The notes: generated from the sequence alone by a model not told the origin. A stretch of DNA of 32,000 bases from Planctopirus limnophila DSM 3776 (GCF_000092105.1 NC_014148.1:2040001-2072000), one strand, 5' to 3'; counted from the first letter of the stretch, positions 1 to 9,928 are shown. Numbers and translations are program-made.

Positions 1-561
1 AGGTGATGAGGCGGAAATGCGAGGATTGGGATACAACCCCGCTTGCACAGTGGCTCCCTGTGCCGATTGAATCTTGCGGAAAGCCGTCGTGAGCCTTGGG
101 TGATACATCTCAGCGAAAGTCGACAAATCTTCCAGAGAGTAGACATTCTGCTGAGGAAGGATTGCAATTTCGGCAGTCCCCGGAGAAATCTCATAAGAGG
201 TCACGTCTTTGTAGGAAGCCGCTTCATCAGGAGCTGGCGGAACCGGAGGAACACGAGATGTGCCTGCAGGCATTTCCAGAGAAACCTGCTCCAGCGGCTG
301 ATGAGCTTCCTCTGAGACATCTTGAGACGCGACTTTGTGATCCTGATTTTCAGCAGGCTGCTTTTGAGCAGCTTCAGAGGTGGCTCGCACTGGTTTGAGC
401 CAGCGCCACAGCTTCCCCTTAGGAGCTGGCTCTGACGCCACTGCGATCAGCGGCAAAAACTGCAGAAGAATCAGCGATGTCAGTACGACACATCTTTGGA
501 GGCGAACCTGAGCCAGGCCGCACCGTCGTAACGACAGCTTTTTCGTGAAAACATTCAGCAT
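1..561 (-). CDS. TolC-family outer-membrane efflux factor (CzcC-like), N-terminal 187 codons; the gene continues beyond the window start
   Basis: It is missing from the ORF track because it has no stop in the window. Reading the reverse complement from ATG 561..559 stays open for all 187 codons down to base 1. The product starts MLNVFTKKLSLRRCGLAQVRLQRCVVLTSLILLQFLPLIAVASEP, a signal-like stretch. A P/E/Q-rich spacer follows. It then reads YSLEDLSTFAEMYHPRLTTAFRKIQSAQGATVQAGLYPNPRISASSP, which is the usual opening block of TolC/OEP proteins. It lies 98 nt downstream of the RND pump on the same strand. Confidence 0.7.
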   Translation of the reverse strand, partial: MLNVFTKKLSLRRCGLAQVRLQRCVVLTSLILLQFLPLIAVASEPAPKGKLWRWLKPVRATSEAAQKQPAENQDHKVASQDVSEEAHQPLEQVSLEMPAGTSRVPPVPPAPDEAASYKDVTSYEISPGTAEIAILPQQNVYSLEDLSTFAEMYHPRLTTAFRKIQSAQGATVQAGLYPNPRISASSP

Positions 562-659
562 TTCTGGCCTCCCTGCCAAAATCTCAAAGGAGATATCGAT
601 CCGTCAGGTTCGCGCAATTCATTTCAGGCGTTCATGACGGCACATCCGCCACAATCGAT

Positions 660-3600
660 TCAGGAATGCATCTCAGCAACTGGATTGTGATTACTCATCG
701 TGGGTAAAGCCTGTTCTTCCGAGGTGACCTGTGGGATTTCGAACCACCGGTAAATCGCTGGCAACACCAACAATGTCAGTGCCGTACACGTGACTAAACC
801 ACCGATCACGACAGTGGCTAAAGGCCTTTGAACTTCAGCTCCAGCGCTCCCAGAGACCGCCATGGGTACAAAGCCGAGTGCCCCGCAAATCGCGGTCATG
901 AATACAGGTCTCAATCGATCCATCGCCCCGGTCACCACTGCGGTTCTGGAATCCAGGCCATGCAGATACAGATGCCGGATATGTTCGATCAGCACGACAC
1001 CGTTCATCACGGCAATGCCAAACAAGGCGATGAAGCCCACGCCTGCCGAGATCGAAAATGGCATCCCCCGCAACCAGAGGGCAAAGATCCCTCCAGTCGC
1101 AGCGATAGGCACATTCAGGTAGATCAGCAGAGTCAGTCGCACAGATCCAAAGGTCACATAGAGCAGCGAGAAAATCAGAAAGAGCGCCACCGGTACGGCA
1201 ACTGCCAGACGCGCAGAAGCCTGCTGCAGATTCTCGAACTGCCCACCCCATTCGAGTGCATATCCGGGTGGCAGTTTGATCTGCTGATCGACAATCTTCT
1301 GAGCTTCGGCCACAAAGCCACCCAGATCTCGGCCGCGTACATTGCATTGAATGAGTAATCGGCGACGAATCGAATCTCGACTGATCTCTGAGGGCCCGTC
1401 TTCCAACCGGATATCAGCCAGTTGTGAGACAGGAATCTGCCGACCCTGAGGATCAGAAATTTTGAGTTCTTTCAGTTGATCAATATCCACCCGCCATTGA
1501 GGGGCCAGTCGCACCTGCATCGGGAATCGCTTCTGGCCCTCAAACACTTCTCCGACAGGGACGCCCCCCACGGAACTGATTGCAGCCAGCACATCGCTGG
1601 AGTTAATGCCGTAACGGGAAATGGCATCACGCCGAATGATGACTCGCAGATACGGCAATCCAGCAACCTGTTGAGCCTGAACATCGGCCGCGCCGGGAAC
1701 CTGACTGAGAACCCGGACAATTTTGTCTCCTTCGAGTTTAAGTGTGTTCAGATCGTCTCCAAACAGACTGAGACCGATATCGGATCGCACACCAGCCACC
1801 AGTTCCTGAACTCGCAGTTCAATCGGTTGAGTAAAGCTGAACGAGTTGCTGGGGACCGATTTTTCCAGAGCCTCCTGCATCTGTTCAATCAACGTGTTTT
1901 TCTCAATCGCTTCAGGCCACTCATGAACGGGTTTCATGCGCACGAAAACATCGGTCTGATGCACACCCATGGGGTCGTTGGCAATTTCCGGACGGCCGGT
2001 TTTCGAGATAACCGATTCCACCTGCGGGAACTGGAGCAACGTGCGCTCCATGGCTTTGGTCATTTCGATTGAAGCTTCTAAAGAGACGCTCGGAAGCCGT
2101 GTGGCTTGAATGGCGATATCGCCTTCATCCAGCTTGGGGACAAATTCGACGCCAAAGCCCAGCGAAACCAGCACGCTGGCCACAAACAAGAGAACTGCTC
2201 CACTGAGCATGAGCACGGGCCGGGCCATCGAAAAATGGAGCATCGGCTCATAAGCAGCTTTTAACCACCGGACAAGAAATGTTTCTTTCGAACTGATGTT
2301 TCGAGCCAGAAATAGTGAAGCCATCACAGGCATCACAGTCACAGCCAGGATCAATGCGCCGGTGAGTGCTGACATGAAGGTAAACGCCATGGGTCGGAAC
2401 ATCTTCCCCTCGACACCTTCCAGACTCAGGATGGGCAGGAAGACAATGATCACAATAATTCCCGCAAACAGAATCGGAGTTCCCACCTCCTTTGCCGATG
2501 CGACGAAGACTTCTTTGGGAACGCGTTTGCTCCCCGTGGTCTGCTGGTATCGGCTTGCTGTGCGGACAGCATTCTCGATCATCACCACGGCACCATCGAC
2601 AATCACACCGAAGTCAACGGCACCCAGGCTCATCAGGTTGGCCGAGACACCGGCGAGCGACATAGCGATCAGTGCAAACATGGCGGAGAGGGGAATTGCC
2701 GAGGCCACAATCAGGCCGGCGCGGACATCGCCCAGGAGCAGAAAGAGCATGATCACCACCAGCAGCACGCCCACGCCGATGTTCTCAGCAATCGTATGGA
2801 TCGTCTTTTCGACCAGCTCCGTCCGGTCGTAGAACGTGTCGATGTAGACACCTTCCGGCAATGTTTTTTCGATAGCATGAATCTTTTCTTTGACATCTTC
2901 GACAACCTGCCTGGAGTTGCCCCCCATGATCATCATGACCATGCCCGTCACCGCCTCACGGTTTCCATCACGAGTGACTGCGCCTTGTCTGAGCATGGGG
3001 GCGAATTGAACATTGGCAATATCGGAAATGCGAATTGCCGTTCCATCGCTGCGGGCTTCTAAGACAATCCGGCGAATATCATCCAGTGAGGTGACAAGTC
3101 CTTCGCCGCGGATCAGGCGCTGTTCGCTGCCATGAGCAATGTAGCCACCACCAGCATTGGCGTTGTTTTCTTCCAGAGCCTGGAAAACGCGACTCAGACT
3201 GATGCCATAATTCAGAAGTTTGTGGGGATCGACCTGAATCTCGTAAGTTTTCAGTTCACCGCCAAAAGTATTGACTTCGATCACGCCGGGAATGCTTCGA
3301 AGCTGAAAGGCAATTTGCCAGTCCAGAATGGTGCGAAGATCCATCAGGCTGTGATTGAAGCCCGGTTTGGAGCGAACTTCGAACTGATAGATTTCACTCA
3401 TGCCGGTGGCAATGGGCCCCATCTGCGGGTCACCCATTCCTGGTGGTATGTTCTGCCGGGCCTGGAGCAACCTTTCATTGACCAGATTGCGAGCCCAGTA
3501 GATATCCGTGCCATCCTGAAATGCAACGGTGACTGCCGAAAGACCAATGCGGCTGATCGAGCGAATTTCCTGAATGCGGGGCAGGCCGCTCATGGCGTTT

Positions 3601-3809
3601 TCCACAGGAAACGTAATGAACTGCTCGACCTCGACGGGCCCTAAAGCCGGTGAGACTGTCAGAATCTGTACCTGGACATTGGTCAGATCAGGGACGGCAT
3701 CAAGTGGTAGTCTTGATGCGGAGACAACACCTGCTCCGAACAAAATAATTGCCAGGAGCATGACGATGAAGCGATTTTCCATCGCCCAGGAAATGACATG
3801 GTTGACCAT
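660..3809 (-). CDS. czcA: Heavy-metal efflux RND pump, CusA/CzcA family (1049 aa)
   Basis: The ORF is full length. The N-terminus MVNHVISWAMENRFIVMLLAIILFGAGV...LPLDAVPDLTNVQVQI is typical of HME-RND pumps. The TM4 segment VDFGVIVDGAVVMIENAV carries the DFG-DGA-VEN signature associated with divalent-cation (Zn/Co/Cd/Ni type) HME-RND pumps. The length and the two large periplasmic loops fit the 12-TM RND layout. Confidence 0.95.
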   Translation of the reverse strand: MVNHVISWAMENRFIVMLLAIILFGAGVVSASRLPLDAVPDLTNVQVQILTVSPALGPVEVEQFITFPVENAMSGLPRIQEIRSISRIGLSAVTVAFQDGTDIYWARNLVNERLLQARQNIPPGMGDPQMGPIATGMSEIYQFEVRSKPGFNHSLMDLRTILDWQIAFQLRSIPGVIEVNTFGGELKTYEIQVDPHKLLNYGISLSRVFQALEENNANAGGGYIAHGSEQRLIRGEGLVTSLDDIRRIVLEARSDGTAIRISDIANVQFAPMLRQGAVTRDGNREAVTGMVMMIMGGNSRQVVEDVKEKIHAIEKTLPEGVYIDTFYDRTELVEKTIHTIAENIGVGVLLVVIMLFLLLGDVRAGLIVASAIPLSAMFALIAMSLAGVSANLMSLGAVDFGVIVDGAVVMIENAVRTASRYQQTTGSKRVPKEVFVASAKEVGTPILFAGIIVIIVFLPILSLEGVEGKMFRPMAFTFMSALTGALILAVTVMPVMASLFLARNISSKETFLVRWLKAAYEPMLHFSMARPVLMLSGAVLLFVASVLVSLGFGVEFVPKLDEGDIAIQATRLPSVSLEASIEMTKAMERTLLQFPQVESVISKTGRPEIANDPMGVHQTDVFVRMKPVHEWPEAIEKNTLIEQMQEALEKSVPSNSFSFTQPIELRVQELVAGVRSDIGLSLFGDDLNTLKLEGDKIVRVLSQVPGAADVQAQQVAGLPYLRVIIRRDAISRYGINSSDVLAAISSVGGVPVGEVFEGQKRFPMQVRLAPQWRVDIDQLKELKISDPQGRQIPVSQLADIRLEDGPSEISRDSIRRRLLIQCNVRGRDLGGFVAEAQKIVDQQIKLPPGYALEWGGQFENLQQASARLAVAVPVALFLIFSLLYVTFGSVRLTLLIYLNVPIAATGGIFALWLRGMPFSISAGVGFIALFGIAVMNGVVLIEHIRHLYLHGLDSRTAVVTGAMDRLRPVFMTAICGALGFVPMAVSGSAGAEVQRPLATVVIGGLVTCTALTLLVLPAIYRWFEIPQVTSEEQALPTMSNHNPVAEMHS

Positions 3810-3878
3810 CGAAAGATCCCCGAAGACTGAAGCCCGACTTTTGGCTTGTTGCGCATACTTTCAGATTCGTCGAAAAAA

Positions 3879-5417
3879 CTATTCGCCCAATAGATCAGCC
3901 AGCATCCGTGACTTCAGAGCAAAGCCACCATCAGTCACCACTTTGTCGCCTTCACCCAGGCCGGAGAGAATTTCAACCGAAGTAGTATTTCGACGGCCCG
4001 TTACCACAACGCGACGATCAAACTGATCAGCATCAGCATGAACGAAAACGAAAGTCTTGCCTTCGTAATCCTGCAGAGCAGCTAAAGGGACTTGCAGGAC
4101 TTCAGAAGAGCTGAGATTGGGCAGTTCGATACTCACGAACATGCCGGGCTTGAGAAGTCCTTCAGCGTTATCGGCCATGGCCCGCATTGAAAGAGTCCTG
4201 GTGCTTTCCTGCACGACATCACCCGTGTAGAAGATGGTGGCTTCGAACAATCGGCCTGGCCACGCTTCACTGCGAAGCCGAATCTTTTGATCCTTCAGTT
4301 GGGAGAGCATCGGGAGGTGTGATTCGTAGATATCTGCCGAGACCCACACCGTCGAAAGATCGGCGATCGTGAGAATTTGCCGTTCGGGCCCCACGCGCTC
4401 CATGAGCACGACATCTTTGGAAATCACCGTTCCATCAAAGGGGGCCACGACCGGGTAGTGAGCCAGATTCTCACCCATTTCGGAGGGATCAATCTCTTTC
4501 AGATCATGGTCGGTAAAGCCCAGGATTTTTAAATTCGTCTCGGCCACAGCGATCGTCGTCTGCAACTCTTTGACGGATTGTGTCGACAGCCGGGATGCCT
4601 GGATGACATCCTGCGACGTCTGTTCGAGCAGTGCCTGTAGGATGGCCTTTGTGGCTTTCACGTCGGTTTCGGCATCGAGAAGTTGCTTGGCGGGGACAGC
4701 ACCTGTACCGGAAAGTGGCGCCAGCCTTTGGGTTTGAGATTGAGCCCTGATCGCTGCCAGATAAGCATTCATGAGGGTTTGCCGATGCTCTCCCATGGTT
4801 CGTTCTTTGAGAGCCGTTTCAATATTTTCAATGGCGGCTTCGGAACGAATCATTTCAATGAGCGACAAGGTATTCTGGCTGATTTCCTGGGCCCAGCGAT
4901 CCCGAGCCATGGCAAATTCGAGTTTTAGGCGATCTTGAAAGAGCTGCAGTTTTCCTTGGCCGACTTCTTTACTTTGGACCACTACGAGAAGATCTCCCTG
5001 ACGAACTTTCTGGCCAAATCGCACTCGCACATCATCGACTCGCCCTTCGACGAGTGGAAAGACATGGGCCAGTTTGTCTTCGTTCAGTGAGATTTTCCCC
5101 GTGAGAGTGATGGCTTCATCAAGCGGGCCTTTCTGCACAGATCCAATCGCAATGCCAGCCGCCTTCCACATCTCCTGGGGGAAATCGACCTGTGAGATTT
5201 CTGGAGCTTCTCCAGCAGGCTCAGTGTTCGATTTGTGGGCAGGCAGATCGGTTTTCGCATGAGTCTCAGGCTTTTGTAAGACCCGGTTTCGTAACTCAGG
5301 AGATAGAACGAACGCAGCAATTCCCAGAGCAACGATGAGGACTGCCGTTATCGCCGCTGTTTTTTGTTTGAGCCAGACAGGCGTAGTCATGGAAAACATT
5401 CCCCAATAAAAATTCAC
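3879..5417 (-). CDS. Efflux RND periplasmic adaptor subunit (membrane fusion protein, CzcB/CusB-like, 512 aa)
   Basis: There is an N-terminal TM anchor (AAITAVLIVALGIAAFVL). The lipoyl/barrel motifs are VFPLVEGRVDDVRVRFGQKVRQGDLLVVVQS and VVAPFDGTVISKDVVLMERV, and the C-terminal block is VVVTGRRNTTSVEILSGLGEGDKVVTDGGFALKS. It sits immediately upstream of the pump. Confidence 0.9.
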   Translation of the reverse strand: MNFYWGMFSMTTPVWLKQKTAAITAVLIVALGIAAFVLSPELRNRVLQKPETHAKTDLPAHKSNTEPAGEAPEISQVDFPQEMWKAAGIAIGSVQKGPLDEAITLTGKISLNEDKLAHVFPLVEGRVDDVRVRFGQKVRQGDLLVVVQSKEVGQGKLQLFQDRLKLEFAMARDRWAQEISQNTLSLIEMIRSEAAIENIETALKERTMGEHRQTLMNAYLAAIRAQSQTQRLAPLSGTGAVPAKQLLDAETDVKATKAILQALLEQTSQDVIQASRLSTQSVKELQTTIAVAETNLKILGFTDHDLKEIDPSEMGENLAHYPVVAPFDGTVISKDVVLMERVGPERQILTIADLSTVWVSADIYESHLPMLSQLKDQKIRLRSEAWPGRLFEATIFYTGDVVQESTRTLSMRAMADNAEGLLKPGMFVSIELPNLSSSEVLQVPLAALQDYEGKTFVFVHADADQFDRRVVVTGRRNTTSVEILSGLGEGDKVVTDGGFALKSRMLADLLGE

Positions 5418-5515
5418 CAGACGAAGTCATGTGTTCGTCGATCCATCAAATCCGGACGGGCCGTTCGCCTGGAATGTCGAATCAGATCCGTCTGACAGAT
5501 CATTCAAGGCGAAGC

Positions 5516-5737
5516 TCACGAGGTGCTGTGCGAAGCACTCCATCGGGCACTCAAGGCCAGATCTTTGAAGCGGTCGAAAAGAATCGCGGTCAACAGTTGC
5601 CAAGCCAATGCGTGATTGCACGCACTACCTGGGCTGTCCGGCTGAACGAGAAAGACATGCTGAAGGGCAGCACGCTGTTCAACCTGCCAAGTCGCGAACT
5701 GATGAACCATTAAAAAATGGAGAGTCGCTGTGGACAT
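5516..5737 (-). CDS. Small hypothetical ORF (73 aa) between the His-rich ORF and the adaptor gene
   Basis: It is in the same frame as 5756..6280 and starts 18 nt after that ORF's double stop. I recognised no motif. Operon position is the only support. Confidence 0.2.
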   Translation of the reverse strand: MSTATLHFLMVHQFATWQVEQRAALQHVFLVQPDSPGSACNHALAWQLLTAILFDRFKDLALSARWSASHSTS

Positions 5738-5755
5738 CAGGGGATGTCGAGATCA

Positions 5756-6280
5756 TCAGCAGTTCAAGCGTGCGACGATGGCGACTTGTACCGAAGAATG
5801 GCCGACATCCCGAAGGGCGGTCAATTCTTGATAGCACCAATTCGGCGAAAATGAGGCCAGATCACCGTTCAGGTCATGCTTCTGTAAATGACTTGGCCAG
5901 ATGGGCAGGGCGAGGATTAATCCTGCCGAGTCTGAGATTCGTTCCGTCACAACGCAGGGCAGGAGTTGTTGGATTGATGGATGAGGCACCGGAGTCTCAC
6001 CCTCAGCTTCCAGAGGGAAACCGAAGTGCCAATGAAAACCGAGCTGTCCCGCATGAGCATCGCCACTGTGATACCGGGCGATATGCTCAGCGGCTCCAGC
6101 CACTCCATGATCGTGAGAATGCCCCCATCCCGCCTGGGACAAAAGTGCCCCGAGGACCAGGTAAACCTTCAGCAAGGTCACTGCTGATGATCGGTGATGG
6201 CAGATGGCTCTCACGACCAGATAAACTCCCGGAAGTTCAACACTTCTTTTACTGTAGAAATCGAATACCCATGCCGTCAA
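5756..6280 (-). CDS. Hypothetical His-rich protein upstream of the efflux operon, possibly a periplasmic metal-binding protein; the true start may be internal
   Basis: The ORF contains a hydrophobic signal-like stretch (LLKVYLVLGALLSQAGWG). It is followed by the His-rich block HSHDHGVAGAAEHIARYHSGDAHAGQLGFHWHFGF. It ends in a double TGA TGA. The overlapping plus-strand ORF 5608..6291 is Arg/Pro-rich and looks like an antisense artefact. I recognised no family. Confidence 0.35.
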   Translation of the reverse strand: MTAWVFDFYSKRSVELPGVYLVVRAICHHRSSAVTLLKVYLVLGALLSQAGWGHSHDHGVAGAAEHIARYHSGDAHAGQLGFHWHFGFPLEAEGETPVPHPSIQQLLPCVVTERISDSAGLILALPIWPSHLQKHDLNGDLASFSPNWCYQELTALRDVGHSSVQVAIVARLNC

Positions 6281-6695
6281 TCTCCAATTGAAATTCTGAT
6301 GGAATGTCAGCCAAATCGATTTTCGGTGGCTTCAAACAACCATATCACCGCAAAGAAGTGATCTTTGTCGAACTCGCGACACGCCTTGAGTATGCCTCCT
6401 GAGAGCGATTTCTTCTGCTATCGATGTTGCAAGGATTGCCTTTGCGGCTCTCTGCATCTATTCGGCGGAATCAGCCACTCACGCCATTAACCCAAGATTG
6501 CCTGGCTTGATCCTGAAGAGATTGTCTTCCCACCTGAGAAACTGATTCCATGATAAAATTTGTTACAGTCAGTTATCTGCGATGTCGTACCAACGCCTAT
6601 CCTGCAGCCTGGTCATGCATTTCGAACATCTCGAATAACAGACTGTTTCGATGGGCAACGGGAAGGAATCTTGAGATTCAGTGAGCTAAGGAGTC

Positions 6696-7565
6696 ATGTT
6701 GGATTTTCGAACGGAGGCCCCAGAGTGGCGAGAAAAACTTTTGAGTGAGACCCCGCTGAAAGAAGTGGAGATCTGGGAATCTTTGTCTTCGACAAATACC
6801 AGATCACTCGAAATTGCTCGCGATCCTGACTTGAAAACACCGGCACTGGTGTGGGCCCTGGAGCAGACAGCCGGGCGGGGCAGGGCGGGGAAAACCTGGC
6901 TCAGCAGCACAGGTTCGCTGACCTTATCGCTGATTGTGGAAATTGACACACGCTTATTGGCACGTCGTGACTGGTTCTATCTGGCACTCAAGAGCGGCAT
7001 GGCCGTTTGCGATACCATTCGCTCTTTTTGCCCGACAGGTGCGATTGGAGTGAAATGGCCCAACGATGTTTTCGTGGGTGATCAGAAAATTGCAGGGGTC
7101 CTTGTCGAAACTCCCAGCCAGACGCAACTTCTGGCAAATCAACATGCTCAGCGCGTGGTGATCGGGATCGGCGTGAATGTGAATAACGACATCTCAGATG
7201 TCGCCCGAAAGTCGCTGGATCGAGACGCTGTCAGTTTACAACAACTCTTTCCGTTTGAAGCCGTCGCGTTAATCACGTTTACCACCGAGCTTTCCAAACG
7301 AGTCCTTCAGGAACTGACCACCTTTTCCGCAGAGAAAACGATTGCCGATCGTTGGGGCGAATACTGTTTGCTCACGGGCCAACTGGTGGAATGGCAGACT
7401 TTTGAGCAGGAGAGCGACCCTGTAGTTCTTACTGGCATTTGCCAGGGGATAACATCATGTGGCGAACTGCGAATTCAGAAATCAGATGGCTCAGAAGTAC
7501 TGGCCAATCGAGGCTCGATCAGGTGGCTTCCCCGAGTCAACACTGTTCGCAAAAAACACTTTTGA
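6696..7565 (+). CDS. birA: Biotin--[acetyl-CoA-carboxylase] ligase (group I BirA with no N-terminal HTH, 289 aa)
   Basis: The biotin-binding motif is GRGRAGKTWLSSTGSLTLSLIV, and the second motif is GVKWPNDVFVGDQKIAGVLVE. AAGGAG lies a few nt upstream of the ATG at 6696. Confidence 0.9.
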   Translation: MLDFRTEAPEWREKLLSETPLKEVEIWESLSSTNTRSLEIARDPDLKTPALVWALEQTAGRGRAGKTWLSSTGSLTLSLIVEIDTRLLARRDWFYLALKSGMAVCDTIRSFCPTGAIGVKWPNDVFVGDQKIAGVLVETPSQTQLLANQHAQRVVIGIGVNVNNDISDVARKSLDRDAVSLQQLFPFEAVALITFTTELSKRVLQELTTFSAEKTIADRWGEYCLLTGQLVEWQTFEQESDPVVLTGICQGITSCGELRIQKSDGSEVLANRGSIRWLPRVNTVRKKHF

Positions 7566-7962
7566 AGTGAGAAAACAGAGGTACACCAAAATTTCGCCGA
7601 AAGGGCTTTAATATTTCTGGAGAAAGTGCGATAAAACCTGAGGTTGTGGAAGTACGGTCTTCTGCAACGGGAAGACGATGAACGAAGCGGCTGGTTCATG
7701 AGTTGGTTTGATGGGCTGAAAGGCCAGCAATAATCAACAAGTGCTCTCTCCGCAAGCTTTGAACGCGTATCGATGCGAGGCCTCAGTTTTTGCTCGGTTG
7801 GGTCGAGAAAAGACAGTTTCCAAGCGAACGAGTCGGCGATCTGGTTTGCAGTCAATCTGAATCTTCCACATCTCCCCGCAACTTCGCGGTGAGGTCAATG
7901 AACTGTCTGTTGAGTTTTGAGTATCTGTTCGGGAACCCCCCAGGGGTTCGCAAAGGAAGACT

Positions 7963-8403
7963 ATGGCCAAGAATTTGTATGTTGGAAACCTGCCTTACGG
8001 CACGACTGCAGACGATCTGCGAGAAGCATTTTCCGAGCATGGCACGGTAACGCGAGCGCAGGTGGTATCGGATCGCGAAACTGGTCGTTCACGTGGATTT
8101 GGTTTTGTGGAAATGAGCGATGGTGCTGAGCGCGCCGTAGAAGCCATGAATGGTGCAGAATTCCAGGGCCGCACCCTGACTGTGAATGAAGCCCGTCCAC
8201 GCGAAGAGCGGGGTGGTGGTGGCGGTGGTGGTTATGGCGGCGGTGGTGGAGGTGGTTACGGTGGCGGCGGCGGCGGTCGTCCCCGTAGTGGCGGCGGTGG
8301 TGGTTATGGCGGCGGTGGCGGCGGCTACGGCGGCGGTGGTGGAGGTGGTGGTTATGGTGGTGGCGGCGGTGGCTACGGCGGTGGTGGTGGCGGTCGCTAC
8401 TAA
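7963..8403 (+). CDS. RRM-domain RNA-binding protein with a Gly/Tyr-rich C-terminal tail (146 aa)
   Basis: RNP2 is LYVGNL and RNP1 is RGFGFVEM. The product [51 protein letters not shown] has the classic bacterial Rbp layout. The tail is (G5-8Y)n with RPRSG in the middle. Confidence 0.95.
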   Translation: MAKNLYVGNLPYGTTADDLREAFSEHGTVTRAQVVSDRETGRSRGFGFVEMSDGAERAVEAMNGAEFQGRTLTVNEARPREERGGGGGGGYGGGGGGGYGGGGGGRPRSGGGGGYGGGGGGYGGGGGGGGYGGGGGGYGGGGGGRY

Positions 8404-8557
8404 ACCCGCACTTGGACACCCAATCGCTTCATCAAATCAACTTTGAAAACGCCATGTTTCACTCGGCAGTTTCAAACCTGATCTTTTCTGCAAACAATCT
8501 CATTCACGACATCTCTCTGAATGAATCTGATCCTTTGCGGGATCCTTGATGATCTTC

Positions 8558-8600
8558 AAAAGCCCGCTACCAACCCAACTGGTAGTGGGCTTTTTCTATT
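8558..8600 (+). terminator. Rho-independent terminator candidate for the RRM gene
   Basis: AGCCCGCTACC (8561-8571) pairs with GGTAGTGGGCT (8581-8591) over 11 bp including one G-T. The loop is 9 nt. TTTTTCTATTT follows. Confidence 0.6.
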
Positions 8601-8843
8601 TCACGGTCCTTTGGTCTCGAACATCCTCTGTTGATCCAACCCAAATTCAGCAGCGTCTTCTCCGCTGGTCCGCGATTCAAAGAAGCTCTCGGAGGAATCC
8701 TCTTGCGCATTTTTCACCAAGGCACTATAACTTCCTGTAGAATTCAAATTGGTTTGAGTGATCCAAGTTCGATGAGGCACATTGATTTCTGCATGTGGAA
8801 TGCATCTTGAATCGGCGTGCCGGGAAGCAGGACGGAAGACAAT

Positions 8844-9734
8844 ATGGGCCTGGGTTCACGCGATTACTTTCGCGATGGCGATAACGATCTGGAATGGAAT
8901 TCCGATGCCCCTGGGGTACGCGGCATTATCATCACCACGCTGGTCGCGCTGATTCTTCAACTCGTCTGGACAGTTCCGGTACCCGGCGGGCTCGATCGGG
9001 AATCTTTGCTCGACCGCTGGCTCGAGATGGATACGTCGGCTGTACTTTCCGGTCAGATCTGGCGACTCGTCACGTATGCTTTCCTGCACGGCCTGAGCCC
9101 CTGGCACTTCATTTTCAACATGCTCTTCCTGTGGTGGTTCGGCCCCACACTCGAACGCATGTACGGCACGCGGGAATTCATTGCTTTCTATCTCTCGGCT
9201 GCTGTGGCAGCCGCACTGGGTGGAGTAGCGTGGGATCTCAGCATGCAGGATTCCAGCAAGATTGTGGGAGCTTCCGGAGCCGTTCTCGCCACGACCATGC
9301 TCTATACGATGCACTTTCCCAAGCAGCCGATTGGCCTCTTTTTTGGTCTGCTGACAGTGGAAATGCGTGTCCTCATGGCCTTTCTCGTATTCCTCGACGG
9401 CTTCTATGCACTGGCTCAATGGGGCGGACGCATGGGAGGGACAGGAGTGGCCCATCCCGCTCACCTGTTGGGTGTGGCGTTTGGTTGGGCCTATTTTCAC
9501 TTCAACTGGAAGATTTCCGGCCTGCTGAACATCTTCGAAAGCCTGCAGGAACGCTGGAAAATCTACCGTGCCCGCAAGCGACTCAAAGTCTTTTCCCCCG
9601 AACCCAGTTCACCTCTGGAAGAAGATGTGGATCGAATTCTCGCGAAAATTCACGAGCAGGGAGAAGCTTCTCTCACACCCAAAGAGCGTGAGATACTCAC
9701 AAAAGCTTCCCGGGCTTATCGTGAACGTCGCTGA
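8844..9734 (+). CDS. Rhomboid-family intramembrane serine protease
   Basis: The motifs are YAFLHGLSPWHFIFNMLFLWWFG (H-x4-H-x3-N), the catalytic GASGAV and the downstream AHLLG. Several TM helices are present. The ATG at 8844 (MGLGSRDYFRD) is preferred. The ORF track begins at GTG 8817, which is an alternative start. Confidence 0.88.
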   Translation: MGLGSRDYFRDGDNDLEWNSDAPGVRGIIITTLVALILQLVWTVPVPGGLDRESLLDRWLEMDTSAVLSGQIWRLVTYAFLHGLSPWHFIFNMLFLWWFGPTLERMYGTREFIAFYLSAAVAAALGGVAWDLSMQDSSKIVGASGAVLATTMLYTMHFPKQPIGLFFGLLTVEMRVLMAFLVFLDGFYALAQWGGRMGGTGVAHPAHLLGVAFGWAYFHFNWKISGLLNIFESLQERWKIYRARKRLKVFSPEPSSPLEEDVDRILAKIHEQGEASLTPKEREILTKASRAYRERR

Positions 9735-9854
9735 TGGTATCAAGATTCAGGCATCAGATTCCCGAATCCCGATTCAGCACACCATTAAACTCGCCCCTCA
9801 TTTGCGAAACAGGCGATCTGCCGCATAACATCATTGTTCTCCGAAGCGTTCCAT

Positions 9855-9928
9855 GTCCCCGTAGCTCAGCTGGATAGAGCGACGGTTTCCTAAACCGTAG
9901 GTCGCGCGTTCGAATCGCGCCGGGGGCA
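9855..9928 (+). tRNA. tRNA-Arg (anticodon CCT)
   Basis: I folded it by hand. The acceptor stem is GTCCCCG/CGGGGGC. The D arm is GCTC-AGCTGGATA-GAGC. The anticodon arm is ACGGT-TTCCTAA-ACCGT with CCT at positions 34-36. The variable loop is AGGTC. The T arm is GCGCG-TTCGAAT-CGCGC and the discriminator is A. It is 74 nt with no encoded CCA. Confidence 0.93.

Noticed and set aside
5608-6291. A 227-aa plus-strand ORF opposite the His-rich ORF
   Set aside because: Its Arg/Pro/Ser-rich composition is typical of the antisense frame of a real gene. The minus-strand reading fits the operon orientation better. Neither frame is strongly supported.
7961-8446. A His/Arg-rich 152-aa ORF on the minus strand and a Val/Ala-rich 86-aa ORF on the plus strand, both overlapping the Gly-rich tail of the RRM gene
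   Set aside because: These are alternative-frame and antisense readings of the GGN repeat tract. The RRM frame has clear RNP1 and RNP2 motifs and explains the region.
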